Shown one piece after another: positions 1-8,429 of a DNA stretch of 23,513 nucleotides; position 1 is the stretch's first letter; every line of letters begins with the position of its first letter. The DNA comes from a virus, in IMG/VR virus record IMGVR_UViG_3300045988_000027, positions 1 to 23,513 of that record; one strand, written 5' to 3'. The position numbers and the translations under genes were made by a program. The notes under the pieces are model-generated. The model worked only from the letters and a program-made list of their open reading frames with translations, ran no database searches and had not been told where the DNA came from.

Positions 1-33
1 ACTACCACCATGATGTCCGAACTGTGGTCTGTC

Positions 34-61
34 GGGAGGTGATATACTCCTTTTTTATTTT
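34..61 (+). terminator. Candidate rho-independent terminator for a convergent plus-strand transcript entering from the left edge
   Basis: Hairpin GGGAG-gtgatata-CTCCT (5 bp including one G.U) is followed by TTTTTTATTTT on the plus strand only. The plus frame 1 stop TGA at 40-42 lies inside the hairpin. On the minus strand no T-run follows the hairpin. Confidence 0.35.
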
Positions 62-85
62 ATAGTTTTCGTGGTCTGGTTTTAA

Positions 86-931
86 TTATTCGTAGTAGTT
101 AACGAGGTCGTCTTTATCCCAACATGAGAGCCAAACAGTGCCAAATTGGCCAAACTCGAAATGTCGGTAATAATAGCCACCGTAATAACCACCGTCAGTC
201 ATGTCAGTGATATTGGTTTCATCACCGGCAAAACTAAAGAACATGCCAGCTTTAAAGTCTTGGTCTGCACCGTCTGGCAAGTCGTTGCCGTCAGCGTCTA
301 CCCAGTTTACCATTGAAACCGGAATACCGTTTTCTGTCCAGTCAAAACCAACGGGTGCTAAATAGTCACATTTGATTTGCCAAATACCATTAACATATTT
401 GACCTCATTGGCTTCATAGTATGCTTTTTCTTGTGGCACGACTGCCGTGTTAGCTTGATTGTTAGTCTGAGGTGCAGTGTCAGCGTATCGCCAAACCTCG
501 ATATAAGCTGGCTGATTCCATCCATAGTAGTCATCCCAAGGGTAAGTGTTGATAGCTTGACCAACTGCTCCTTGAGTTGAGAAATCACAACTAATGAAGT
601 ATGTATCATCAAGCATGACACCAACGTGCCCACCAGCTCCACCAGAGCTAGACATGTCAGCACCCCATGACATCAAAACGATGTCGCCCGGCGCTGCATC
701 CCATGATTCGTTACGACAAACACGATAAAAACCGTTGTTTGATAGTTGCTGGCCAAGAGTTACGGTTGATGGTAGCCCTTGAATACCGATGCCAGCTTCT
801 TTCAATGCTTGAGACACTGACCCAGAACAGTCAGCAGTCCCGTCTGTACCGTTACGACTGCCAAGCATTGAATAAGTCAATAACCCTCTATGGTTAACGA
901 ACCAGTTAATTAATGTTTGCTGTACGCTCAT
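86..931 (-). CDS. Endolysin: N-terminal Pal-like peptidoglycan amidase (Amidase_5 type) plus a C-terminal cell-wall-binding domain (possibly zoocin A TRD / SH3b-like)
   Basis: 281 aa. A strong SD AAGGAGG sits 5 nt upstream of the ATG. The N-terminus matches the Dp-1 Pal pattern (TYSM...DGTADCSGSVSQALKEAG ... PGDIVLMSWG...GGAGGHVGVM). The C-terminus is aromatic/Gly-rich. It is the last gene of the late operon, after the holins. Confidence 0.85.
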   Translation of the reverse strand: MSVQQTLINWFVNHRGLLTYSMLGSRNGTDGTADCSGSVSQALKEAGIGIQGLPSTVTLGQQLSNNGFYRVCRNESWDAAPGDIVLMSWGADMSSSGGAGGHVGVMLDDTYFISCDFSTQGAVGQAINTYPWDDYYGWNQPAYIEVWRYADTAPQTNNQANTAVVPQEKAYYEANEVKYVNGIWQIKCDYLAPVGFDWTENGIPVSMVNWVDADGNDLPDGADQDFKAGMFFSFAGDETNITDMTDGGYYGGYYYRHFEFGQFGTVWLSCWDKDDLVNYYE

Positions 932-946
932 AGCGTCCTCCTTAAA

Positions 947-1219
947 TTATTTTTGAATAGCTTGTTTAATTTCCAAGAGCATTTTCTCCAACTCAGCAAC
1001 CTTCTGGTTTAAAGCGTCAATTTCACTTGTAGGTAGTTGAGATTTTGTTACAAGTGGGTCTTCCGCAAATCTATTTTGCTCTATAACCTGTTGAAAAAAG
1101 TTATTATATGTTGGAAATAGTCCATACGCTTGGCTGATACTCAACGATGAAGATTGTTTATCTTTAATTTCCTTGATATCCTCACCGACTGCTTGAGCAA
1201 ATTCTGTGAACTTACTCAT
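947..1219 (-). CDS. Hypothetical small coiled-coil protein (90 aa), N-terminal paralogue of the next ORF
   Basis: The ORF starts 4 nt after the stop of the upstream ORF (translational coupling). The N-terminus MSKFTEFAQAVGEDIKEIK is nearly identical to that of ORF 1224-1556. The remainder is predicted helical. Confidence 0.6.
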   Translation of the reverse strand: MSKFTEFAQAVGEDIKEIKDKQSSSLSISQAYGLFPTYNNFFQQVIEQNRFAEDPLVTKSQLPTSEIDALNQKVAELEKMLLEIKQAIQK

Positions 1220-1223
1220 AGGC

Positions 1224-1556
1224 TCACGCTTTCGCAGCAGTATATGCTGCTACCAAGTCCTCAGTTTCAATAGCTGTAATACGATCGCCAAACTCTGTAA
1301 GTTTAGTAATGATGCCAGAATCAACATTACCACCAGCAGCGGCGATTTTATCAGCGATTTCCTTGAGTGTGTCCAATTCTTCTGGGACGCCTTCGCCCAG
1401 AATAGCAGTCTTAACACCTTGAATGGCAGTGTTAAGTTGGTCTTGAGTGATGCCGTTAGTGGTTACTTCGCCTTTCTCAGCCTTGCCAGCCAACGCTGTT
1501 TTAATTTCTTTGATGTCTGCTCCTACCGCTTGAGCGAAATCATGTAATTTACTCAT
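1224..1556 (-). CDS. Hypothetical small fibre-like/coiled-coil protein (110 aa)
   Basis: SD AAAGGA lies 7 nt upstream. The N-terminus MSKLHDFAQAVGADIKEIK is shared with ORF 947-1219. The internal VPEELDTLKEIADKI resembles the LDTLxELAxAL motif of phage tail-fibre repeats. The C-terminus TEDLVAAYTAAKA is shared with ORF 1569-2021. Confidence 0.6.
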   Translation of the reverse strand: MSKLHDFAQAVGADIKEIKTALAGKAEKGEVTTNGITQDQLNTAIQGVKTAILGEGVPEELDTLKEIADKIAAAGGNVDSGIITKLTEFGDRITAIETEDLVAAYTAAKA

Positions 1557-1568
1557 TTATGTTTCCTT

Positions 1569-2021
1569 TCAAATTTTAGCTAGATTGTAGATGTTTACGA
1601 GGTCTTCCGTGGGTTCACTGCCACCGGCAATGTACCCAGAATCTCGTAATTCATCCGCTAGTAGTTTTAGTTTAGGGTCTTTTTTTGATGGAATCGCACC
1701 GTCAATATTTAGTGAACTCTTGACTTTCACCTTGAAATTGTTAGATGGGAAGATATGCCCATTTAGTTTGATTTCGAGGTAGTAAGTGCCGGGCTCGACC
1801 ACATCCCCCATGACAAAGGTAAAATGTCCGTTTTCAACGGTAACATCTTGATACAACGCCACGGTCTCATCGTTTGACAGTGTGAGCTTACCAGTGCCGG
1901 ATAACTCCATGCGTTTTCCATCATAACCCAGAATGTCAAAACCAAATACGGAAGTGGTGTCCCCGCTTTTGAGGACGTCACCACCTTCAATTTGGTTGAT
2001 AGAGGTCATGAGTTTAGCCAT
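1569..2021 (-). CDS. Hypothetical protein (150 aa): beta-rich (Ig-like?) N-terminal part plus a short helical C-terminus
   Basis: SD GAGGG lies 7 nt upstream of the ATG, directly after the holin stop. The composition is beta-strand-like (TFVMGDVVEPGTYYLEIKLNGHIF). The C-terminus is TEDLVNIYNLAKI. Confidence 0.6.
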   Translation of the reverse strand: MAKLMTSINQIEGGDVLKSGDTTSVFGFDILGYDGKRMELSGTGKLTLSNDETVALYQDVTVENGHFTFVMGDVVEPGTYYLEIKLNGHIFPSNNFKVKVKSSLNIDGAIPSKKDPKLKLLADELRDSGYIAGGSEPTEDLVNIYNLAKI

Positions 2022-2024
2022 AAG

Positions 2025-2261
2025 CTAGCCCTCACGAGGTTCGTTGTAATTCAAAGCTTGTTCGCTGTCTGCCACACCCTTAGTCGTAGGGTCAACAACG
2101 ATTCCAAGAATAACCACAATATTCAATAGAGTATTGACACCCTCTTGAATATTGTGTGGAATCTCAAGCCCAAATTGTCTCAGCATAATAAAAACTGCTG
2201 AGATAAGAGCTGCTAGCGTAACTTTATTTTTAAGACGCAATTTCAAATTAATCATTGTCAT
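2025..2261 (-). CDS. Holin, small class (LL-H / phi-LC3-like), 78 aa
   Basis: The sequence MTMINLKLRLKNKVTLAALISAVFIMLRQFG... has two hydrophobic segments and a charged C-terminus. SD AAGGAG precedes the ATG at 2261 (alternative ATG at 2255). The tracked ORF start at 2348 would overlap the upstream holin and was trimmed. Confidence 0.75.
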   Translation of the reverse strand: MTMINLKLRLKNKVTLAALISAVFIMLRQFGLEIPHNIQEGVNTLLNIVVILGIVVDPTTKGVADSEQALNYNEPREG

Positions 2262-2682
2262 TATTCTCCTTTTCTTCCCCTGAGTTAAGAAAAAACTTCT
2301 CTTTGTCGATGTTTCTCTTAACATATTTGTCGATATAAGGGATTTCAACCCCTAAAGCTGATAGACTAGCCAAAATACTAGAGCCGTAAGCGGCAATCAT
2401 AGCAAAGATAAATGTATCTAGTACACCGCCCAGATTCATGAATACTGCGAACGGATAGAAGATGGCTACAAACGTAATCATGGCAGTATGACTGACTAGC
2501 CCTTTACGAAATTTTGAGCTTGAAAACTCATGAGCAGCCCAAGCCCTAGACACTCCGATAACGATATCGCTGAAAATAATAATCATCAGCAGGAACACCC
2601 ATAAATGCTCATCAATACCGTGTGCGTAGAAGTCTCTGACCACGTCGAAAACCCCAAAAATGCCGTCTGGTTTTTGTACCAT
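2248..2682 (-). CDS. Holin, larger class (phage_holin_4 / toxin-secretion-lysis holin-like), 144 aa
   Basis: There are several predicted TM segments (LWVFLLMIIIFSDIVIGV, AMITFVAIFYPFAVFM, FIFAMIAAYGSSILASL) and an acidic C-terminal tail. SD AAGGGGG precedes the ATG at 2682, which overlaps the upstream stop as TAATG. Confidence 0.75.
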   Translation of the reverse strand: MVQKPDGIFGVFDVVRDFYAHGIDEHLWVFLLMIIIFSDIVIGVSRAWAAHEFSSSKFRKGLVSHTAMITFVAIFYPFAVFMNLGGVLDTFIFAMIAAYGSSILASLSALGVEIPYIDKYVKRNIDKEKFFLNSGEEKENNDND

Positions 2683-3281
2683 TACGCCCCCTTCGGTTTG
2701 AATAGCCATGCTGTAGCAACCCCGTTATTTTCTAGTTTGCCCCCTTTTGCAAAATCAGCGAACGGTTGATTATCGTAAGTGAAAGAGCCGTTAACTTGGA
2801 TAAGCACCAGTTTGCCTTCTCCGTCCACTTCTTCGTGGTCCGGGGCTTCGATAGCGAAGATATCCCCGGCGTTGAACACACCGCCTTTTTTAGCGACTGG
2901 CAACAATTCCAAGTATTGCTTGTAGATTGTGCCATACTGGATATTCTGGCTCATTACCGCATTGAGAATGGACACGTTAGCGATTTTACGAGTAAGTTCG
3001 CCTTGTTCAGCGACTTTCTCAGCTAAATTCAAGCGGCTGTCAAGGTCTTTAATAGATTCCTCTGACTTGGCTTGGTAGCGTGCCAATGCCCCCGCTGGGT
3101 CCAACTCAGTCGTTAAGATATCCAGAATAAGCTGGACTTTAGCTTCATCCGTCTTGCTTGTGTGGTCGCCTGGAACGTCTCGTGTCAACCATGTCGAGCC
3201 ATCTTTGGACTGAATGGCAATTCGTGTTGTTGTCGGGGTCGTCAGATAGCTCGATGTAACACTGAAATTAGACTTATTCAT
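2682..3281 (-). CDS. Hypothetical phage protein (199 aa) between the tail and lysis modules
   Basis: SD AAAGGAG lies 6 nt upstream of the ATG at 3281 (MNKSNFSV...). The tracked start at 3308 was trimmed. No domain was recognised by eye. Confidence 0.55.
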   Translation of the reverse strand: MNKSNFSVTSSYLTTPTTTRIAIQSKDGSTWLTRDVPGDHTSKTDEAKVQLILDILTTELDPAGALARYQAKSEESIKDLDSRLNLAEKVAEQGELTRKIANVSILNAVMSQNIQYGTIYKQYLELLPVAKKGGVFNAGDIFAIEAPDHEEVDGEGKLVLIQVNGSFTYDNQPFADFAKGGKLENNGVATAWLFKPKGA

Positions 3282-3495
3282 TAGTCGCTCCTTTCTGCGC
3301 TGCCTCATTAAAGAGGTCGTTAAGGTCTGAATCAGTCGCTAGTACACTTTGATAGTGCTCTAGTTGCGATTTGGCCTGCTCCAGTTCGCTAACTGTCGAC
3401 TGCAAGCGAGCCTTAAACTCAGCTTTTTCAATCGTCAAATTAGCGTTCTGGCTTGCGATGTCTTGAATCATTGAAGTGTAAATTTGTTCGTTCAT
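3274..3495 (-). CDS. Hypothetical small coiled-coil protein (73 aa)
   Basis: SD AAAAGGAG lies 5 nt upstream. The sequence is helical and heptad-like. It is tightly packed between Tal and the next ORF. Confidence 0.55.
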   Translation of the reverse strand: MNEQIYTSMIQDIASQNANLTIEKAEFKARLQSTVSELEQAKSQLEHYQSVLATDSDLNDLFNEAAQKGATNE

Positions 3496-3506
3496 AAGTT
3501 CTCCTT

Positions 3507-6500
3507 TTACGGCTGTACCGAAATTTTCAACCGGTTTGCTACTTGTCTAAGGAATGGAATGAGGTCAATCCAAGGACCGCCGTCAGCTTTCACTTTCATA
3601 AACTCGGCGTCTGGATGTTGCGAATGTCTGAAATGCACAGTGTCTCCAATCAATTGCACCTCGTCAACAAAAGCTCTAGGTTGTTGGTTGTCATTCGAGC
3701 GAATAACACGAACGCCTGCAAATCTCCCGGATGAATAGTCATTCTGTGTACCAGTATTGTCAGCGTTGACACCCATAGCGGTATAGACCCCGTTATACGA
3801 ATCATCCCTAAAGTGGATAAACGCTGACGTTCCGTTTCGAGTACGAAATAGCGCATTGTTCTCGTTATGAAATTCAATCTTCGCATTATCGTAGAAGTGC
3901 ATCTCTGAGCCGTTTAGATCTACCCTCATCGCTCCATTGAGTGCTTCAATTCTACCGCCCCGATAGTTCAAGCCGGTAAATGTGCCGCTAGTGACACTCT
4001 CGGCGTTTAGGTTAACGACATCAACTAGTGAAGCATTTAAGCGTCCATTAGTGATTTTACTTGCTGACAGTTCGCCGATTTTGGCTGAGCTAATAACACC
4101 ATCCTCGATGTAAGTAGAACCAGTGATTTGAACCAGTTTACCGTCGATTTTAACCGAGCCGTCTTTGTTAAGATTGATTTGGTTGAGTACATCCCCCGAC
4201 CTTGTTAGGTTCTTGACAGCCCATGAACCAGCAATCTGGGACATTTCGGACTTGGTAGCTTCAAGCCCGGTGTCTAGCTTGTCTAGTTGCTTGTTAGTGA
4301 CACCGAGATTAAATGACCACTTATCCTCTAGGTTCTCCACCTTCCAAACTGTACCCTTGGCCTCTTGGATAATTTGCGAAATAGACTGCCCGTGTTCACC
4401 GATTGTCCGGCTGAAACCGTCGACAGTAGACTTAATTTCATTGAACTTAACTGTCACCTCTTGGCTTGCGTCTTTTGGTGATGGTTGCCAAGCACGGTTC
4501 ATAGTCCCCTCGTAGCAATCTAGCTCGGTAAAAAATAGCAACGACTCGCTAACGTTGGTAGTACCAGTGTTGTCGATACGAATATAGCCTTCGTCACATT
4601 CGCCAGAATTAAATGTTAAGTGCCATTTAGCGAGTCCGGTGACTGACGGTGAACCAGTGTGTGCTTTAAAACGCACCGCCTTTGTGTAATTCTTGCTCGT
4701 TTCGTTCGACTCCCGGCCAAGAAAATAGATGTCTACGCCCTTGATATTTCCCGTAGCAAACAATTGAAAATTGAAAGAGTAATCAGTGTTGCGCTTAACT
4801 GAAAAACGTGGCGTAGACGCTGGTACTGATGATGATGTTTTAAGCAAGAATAGCGGTTTAGCGCTATTGTAGTAATACGGATGCTGTGAAACAGACAGAT
4901 TAGGGTTCTGTTGTGGAGTTTGCCAAAAGCCCCAGTTATCAAGATTCTCTGGAAATGCTGAGTTTCGGATAAGATTCTCACCGCCAACGGACAGCGTATC
5001 AACTGACGGAATCTGTTTCTTGACCTCGCTGATAAGTTGGGTTGTTCCTCGCTCGGATTGTTGAATGAGATTAGTGACAGACGTAGCTGTCGCAAATCCT
5101 TTGTTATCAACCAATCTATTGACATCCGACTCTTTCAGAAAGCCTTTGCTATCAATTGCGCTGTCTAGGTCAACCCTAGAGAGTTTAGTTTCAATCTTTC
5201 CGGCTAACGTGCTGATCTGAGTTTCAGCGTTAGTGACTTTGTTCCCAAGATTATCAAAATCAACTCTCGAAACCTTTTGGGTAATAGAGTCCGCTGTAAC
5301 ACGCAATTCAGCATTAGTCTGGTTGATTTTACGCTCTAACTCTTGACTTTTAGATACTGCACCATCAGCCGTAGCTTTGACAGCTTGAACTTCTGTCCGG
5401 TCTGCTTTCAAACTGATTTTGTTATCAGCCTGAGTGATTGCGGTGCTATTAGCCGCTACGCTCTTAGAGAGCTTGTCAAAATCAGTCTTCGATACCTTCG
5501 ACGATACTTCATCGACTAATTGATTGACCGTAGTTTCAGCGTTAGTCATGCGGCTATCTGTTTCAGATTGTTTCTGTGATAGCTGACTGACACCCTGCTC
5601 GGTCTGTGTAATCGTCGTTTTAACCGTGCTTATTTCAGCTTCGGTATCTTCTGGCGCCACTGTATGCTGCAAGGGAATGAGTGTCCCTCTGACTAACATA
5701 GGTGGTTTAAACTTTAAATGACCGTTCCTTACGACGTAAATCCCGAAAGGATATTCGCTTAAATCAACATCTCTTGTAAGTGTGAAATTTAAAGCAACGT
5801 CAAACCATTCGTCCTTTACAGAAGTCGGGATTTTGTATTCAAAAGCAATCGTGTTTGTTCGATTGTTCTTAATTGTAACAATTGCCCCGTCGCTCATATC
5901 TGTTCCGCTATCAATGTATACCGGAACCAAGAGTGAGAATGTTTCACCGGTTTTAACTTCCGGGATAGCCATGTTCCATGAGATACCACCCCAAAACTTG
6001 CTGGCGTTACCGGTTGATTTGATGATGTATGTAGAATCGCTTGTTGTGACGGTAATAGTATTACCACTACCCGTGTAAGTATGCACATTCTCGAAATTTG
6101 CTGATTTCAAAATCAAGTTACGACTGCCAAAATCTGTCGGAATCTTGCTATCCACCCGGCTAATCTCAGTGGTGATTTTATTCCCTAGTTGCGTAATTGA
6201 GCTTTCAGCCGTCGCAAGTCTCTGAGTAGCATTGTTAAAATCACTGGTTTTCACTCGTTGGCTAATCTCGTTAGCTTGTTGAGTGATGCGACTTTCAGCG
6301 TTGATTACTCGATTATTGACATTGTCAAGCTCTTGCTTGTTAGCTTTAGACGCAATCATGTCCGCTTGTTGAGTGATAGAAGTTTCAGCACGATTCACAC
6401 GCCCTGTGAGCGTGTCTACATCCTGTTTATTAGCTTTCTGATTGATTTGCCCAGCTTGCACTGTCAGTGAGCTCTCAGCTTTGTTTAAACGCCCAGAAAC

Positions 6501-8429
6501 AGCATTGACATCCTCTTTGCTAGCTTTGGCTGAAATCTGACCAGCTTGTTGTGTCAAAATCGTCTCAGTATTAGATACACGCTGACTGACCTTGTCGACA
6601 TCTTGTTTGCTAGCTACCGAGATCAATGCGTTATTGATTTTGGCAAACTGCACTGATGTGTCGCTTGATAATGTACCGATAGAACCTTTTAGTGCTTCTA
6701 CTTTCTTTTCAGTCTCAGATAGGTCCGTGTTCAATGTACTTTTAGCGTTGTCAACTAGTTTGACGGCTTCTGAAAGTGCATCTTTTTTAGATGCAGCAAT
6801 CTTCTTTTCTGTCTCTGTACGCTCAACGCTGTCCAAGTAACGAGCTTCTGCGATAGCTTCGCTCTTAACGTCATTTAGACGACCAAAAGCGTCCTCTGCG
6901 GTTGATTTGGCTGAACTAGCCAATGTTTCCGCATTAGTAGCCTTAGCTGTAATTTCTGCAACCACTCGTTCATGTTCAGATTGCTGTTTAGCCATGGTGG
7001 TTGCGACTTTTTCAAATTCCTTCTTGATTTTGTCTTGAAGTCCTGTACCGTCCCACGTTCTCAATACCTCTTGCCACATTTCACCGGTCCAGCGATACAT
7101 GATAGTGTGTCCTTCGTGTTCTGGGTCCGGTTTGTACCATGAGTCATTAATCAAAACTTGCCCTGGATGCGATTCTGTTGGATCAGCGCTTGTGTACCAG
7201 TTATGGTTAAAACCATTAGCTGACGGGATAAACTCTGGCAGTTTCTTGACAAACTCAGTAAACTCACCAGCTTTAAACTCATCGAGTGCTTTATTAACGG
7301 TGCTCTGTACCTTCGCATCATTACTTTCGCTTACTCGGTCCCCTAGTTTGATATCGCTAGATTCGTTGTTTAAGCGATTGAAGGTGATCTCAAAGATACG
7401 TGTATCGTAGTCAAGGTGTCTGTCATGTCGGACTACTCGGATAGTGTCGCCGATTTGGACGCCTTTAAGATACACTGTTGACGTTTTAAGTGTCAGTTTT
7501 GGTCTTGATGACTCAATCAAAGCCTCATAAGTCTGCTTGATAAGCTCATTCTTGTCTTCTTCCTCGCTAAACTCGACAAAGCCAATCTTTGGGCGCATCT
7601 TGCCGTCTGGTTGCTTAATGCCGTATTTAGCGGTCATTTCTGGAATTTCAAGGTATTTCTGACCGAGGGGCTTGTCTAGTGGGTCCCCTTTGGCTTTCGA
7701 CCAGACAATTTCCTCAAAGTTGATTTTGCGTCCGTACCCGTCAGCATCTTTTCCAGTATCTTCCGCTGAGCTGACTTGTTCCCCTTTACCACGGCCAACC
7801 AAGGCAGTGTATAGGTTTGTCTTCTCAACCTCTTTCAGAATTTCAAGGGCGTTATGCCCGTAAACTACACGCTTACCGACTGCTTTCCCTATTTTACGCT
7901 TGAAATCAATGTATCTAGCACCAATCTGACTGCCGTTCATTTCAACAAAGAACTGCATTTCTAAGCCCCACACCTTGCACACTTTTTTCAAAGCATCAAA
8001 TGTGGAAATGTAATAGAAATTGGTACTCTTTGGGTTTGTTTCAGCGATAAACCGAGGGGACCAGTTCGTCCCAGTTAATAGCCATTCAATAACCGGTCTA
8101 GCACGTTGGTCTGTCGGGCGCTTGTCATAGACGACTGTCTTGCGTAGCTCCTCAATGCCAGACTGAACACCGATAAGCGTTGTGATATCCCCTTTGGTGT
8201 TACCTTGGGCAATATAGAAGTAATGGAATTTATGCGTGTCGTCGATTGACTGAATAGCCATGTATTCCAGTTTTTCCAGCTCGTCATCCTTCAAAGCTTT
8301 CATTTCAACGGTCAAGCGGTCTGAAACGTAATTTTCAGTGGTAAGACTGAATTTTTGCAAAGCCTTCTTAATTGCAGGCTTGCGAATAATCTTGATAAGT
8401 TTTTCGTCCTTATCGAATAAATAGATCAT
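3507..8429 (-). CDS. Tail-associated lysin-like / host-recognition protein (Tal), 1640 aa
   Basis: The start overlaps the Dit stop (ATGA). The N-terminal ~380 aa resemble the prophage-tail / minor structural protein N-terminal domain that follows Dit in siphophages. Next come 30-aa coiled-coil repeats and two beta-sandwich carbohydrate-binding-like modules (approximately 5650-6128 and 4470-4985). Each module opens with G-x-x-NLI-x-x-SAF-x-EN and closes with a PxP(E/K)D-type motif. A distinct C-terminal domain follows. Confidence 0.85.
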   Translation of the reverse strand: MIYLFDKDEKLIKIIRKPAIKKALQKFSLTTENYVSDRLTVEMKALKDDELEKLEYMAIQSIDDTHKFHYFYIAQGNTKGDITTLIGVQSGIEELRKTVVYDKRPTDQRARPVIEWLLTGTNWSPRFIAETNPKSTNFYYISTFDALKKVCKVWGLEMQFFVEMNGSQIGARYIDFKRKIGKAVGKRVVYGHNALEILKEVEKTNLYTALVGRGKGEQVSSAEDTGKDADGYGRKINFEEIVWSKAKGDPLDKPLGQKYLEIPEMTAKYGIKQPDGKMRPKIGFVEFSEEEDKNELIKQTYEALIESSRPKLTLKTSTVYLKGVQIGDTIRVVRHDRHLDYDTRIFEITFNRLNNESSDIKLGDRVSESNDAKVQSTVNKALDEFKAGEFTEFVKKLPEFIPSANGFNHNWYTSADPTESHPGQVLINDSWYKPDPEHEGHTIMYRWTGEMWQEVLRTWDGTGLQDKIKKEFEKVATTMAKQQSEHERVVAEITAKATNAETLASSAKSTAEDAFGRLNDVKSEAIAEARYLDSVERTETEKKIAASKKDALSEAVKLVDNAKSTLNTDLSETEKKVEALKGSIGTLSSDTSVQFAKINNALISVASKQDVDKVSQRVSNTETILTQQAGQISAKASKEDVNAVSGRLNKAESSLTVQAGQINQKANKQDVDTLTGRVNRAETSITQQADMIASKANKQELDNVNNRVINAESRITQQANEISQRVKTSDFNNATQRLATAESSITQLGNKITTEISRVDSKIPTDFGSRNLILKSANFENVHTYTGSGNTITVTTSDSTYIIKSTGNASKFWGGISWNMAIPEVKTGETFSLLVPVYIDSGTDMSDGAIVTIKNNRTNTIAFEYKIPTSVKDEWFDVALNFTLTRDVDLSEYPFGIYVVRNGHLKFKPPMLVRGTLIPLQHTVAPEDTEAEISTVKTTITQTEQGVSQLSQKQSETDSRMTNAETTVNQLVDEVSSKVSKTDFDKLSKSVAANSTAITQADNKISLKADRTEVQAVKATADGAVSKSQELERKINQTNAELRVTADSITQKVSRVDFDNLGNKVTNAETQISTLAGKIETKLSRVDLDSAIDSKGFLKESDVNRLVDNKGFATATSVTNLIQQSERGTTQLISEVKKQIPSVDTLSVGGENLIRNSAFPENLDNWGFWQTPQQNPNLSVSQHPYYYNSAKPLFLLKTSSSVPASTPRFSVKRNTDYSFNFQLFATGNIKGVDIYFLGRESNETSKNYTKAVRFKAHTGSPSVTGLAKWHLTFNSGECDEGYIRIDNTGTTNVSESLLFFTELDCYEGTMNRAWQPSPKDASQEVTVKFNEIKSTVDGFSRTIGEHGQSISQIIQEAKGTVWKVENLEDKWSFNLGVTNKQLDKLDTGLEATKSEMSQIAGSWAVKNLTRSGDVLNQINLNKDGSVKIDGKLVQITGSTYIEDGVISSAKIGELSASKITNGRLNASLVDVVNLNAESVTSGTFTGLNYRGGRIEALNGAMRVDLNGSEMHFYDNAKIEFHNENNALFRTRNGTSAFIHFRDDSYNGVYTAMGVNADNTGTQNDYSSGRFAGVRVIRSNDNQQPRAFVDEVQLIGDTVHFRHSQHPDAEFMKVKADGGPWIDLIPFLRQVANRLKISVQP
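6165..6614 (-). repeat. Five in-frame tandem copies of a 90-bp (30-aa) unit inside the Tal gene
   Basis: GCTAGC/ATTAGC/GTTAGC landmarks recur at 6609, 6519, 6429 and 6339, exactly 90 nt apart. The peptide units are SKQDVDKVSQRVSNTETILTQQAGQISAKA / SKEDVNAVSGRLNKAESSLTVQAGQINQKA / NKQDVDTLTGRVNRAETSITQQADMIASKA and so on. Related units recur at about 5140-5600. Confidence 0.85.

Noticed and set aside
86-931. A group I intron in the endolysin gene, as known in some Streptococcus thermophilus phages
   Set aside because: The lysin ORF is continuous (281 aa) with both domains intact, and there is no interrupting structured insert.
6165-6614. A CRISPR-like or non-coding tandem repeat array
   Set aside because: The 90-bp periodicity is in frame inside the Tal ORF and encodes 30-aa coiled-coil units. 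There is no repeat-spacer structure.
3507-8429. A diversity-generating retroelement targeting the tail protein
   Set aside because: There is no reverse transcriptase gene and no near-identical template/variable repeat pair. The two binding-like modules are highly diverged paralogues.
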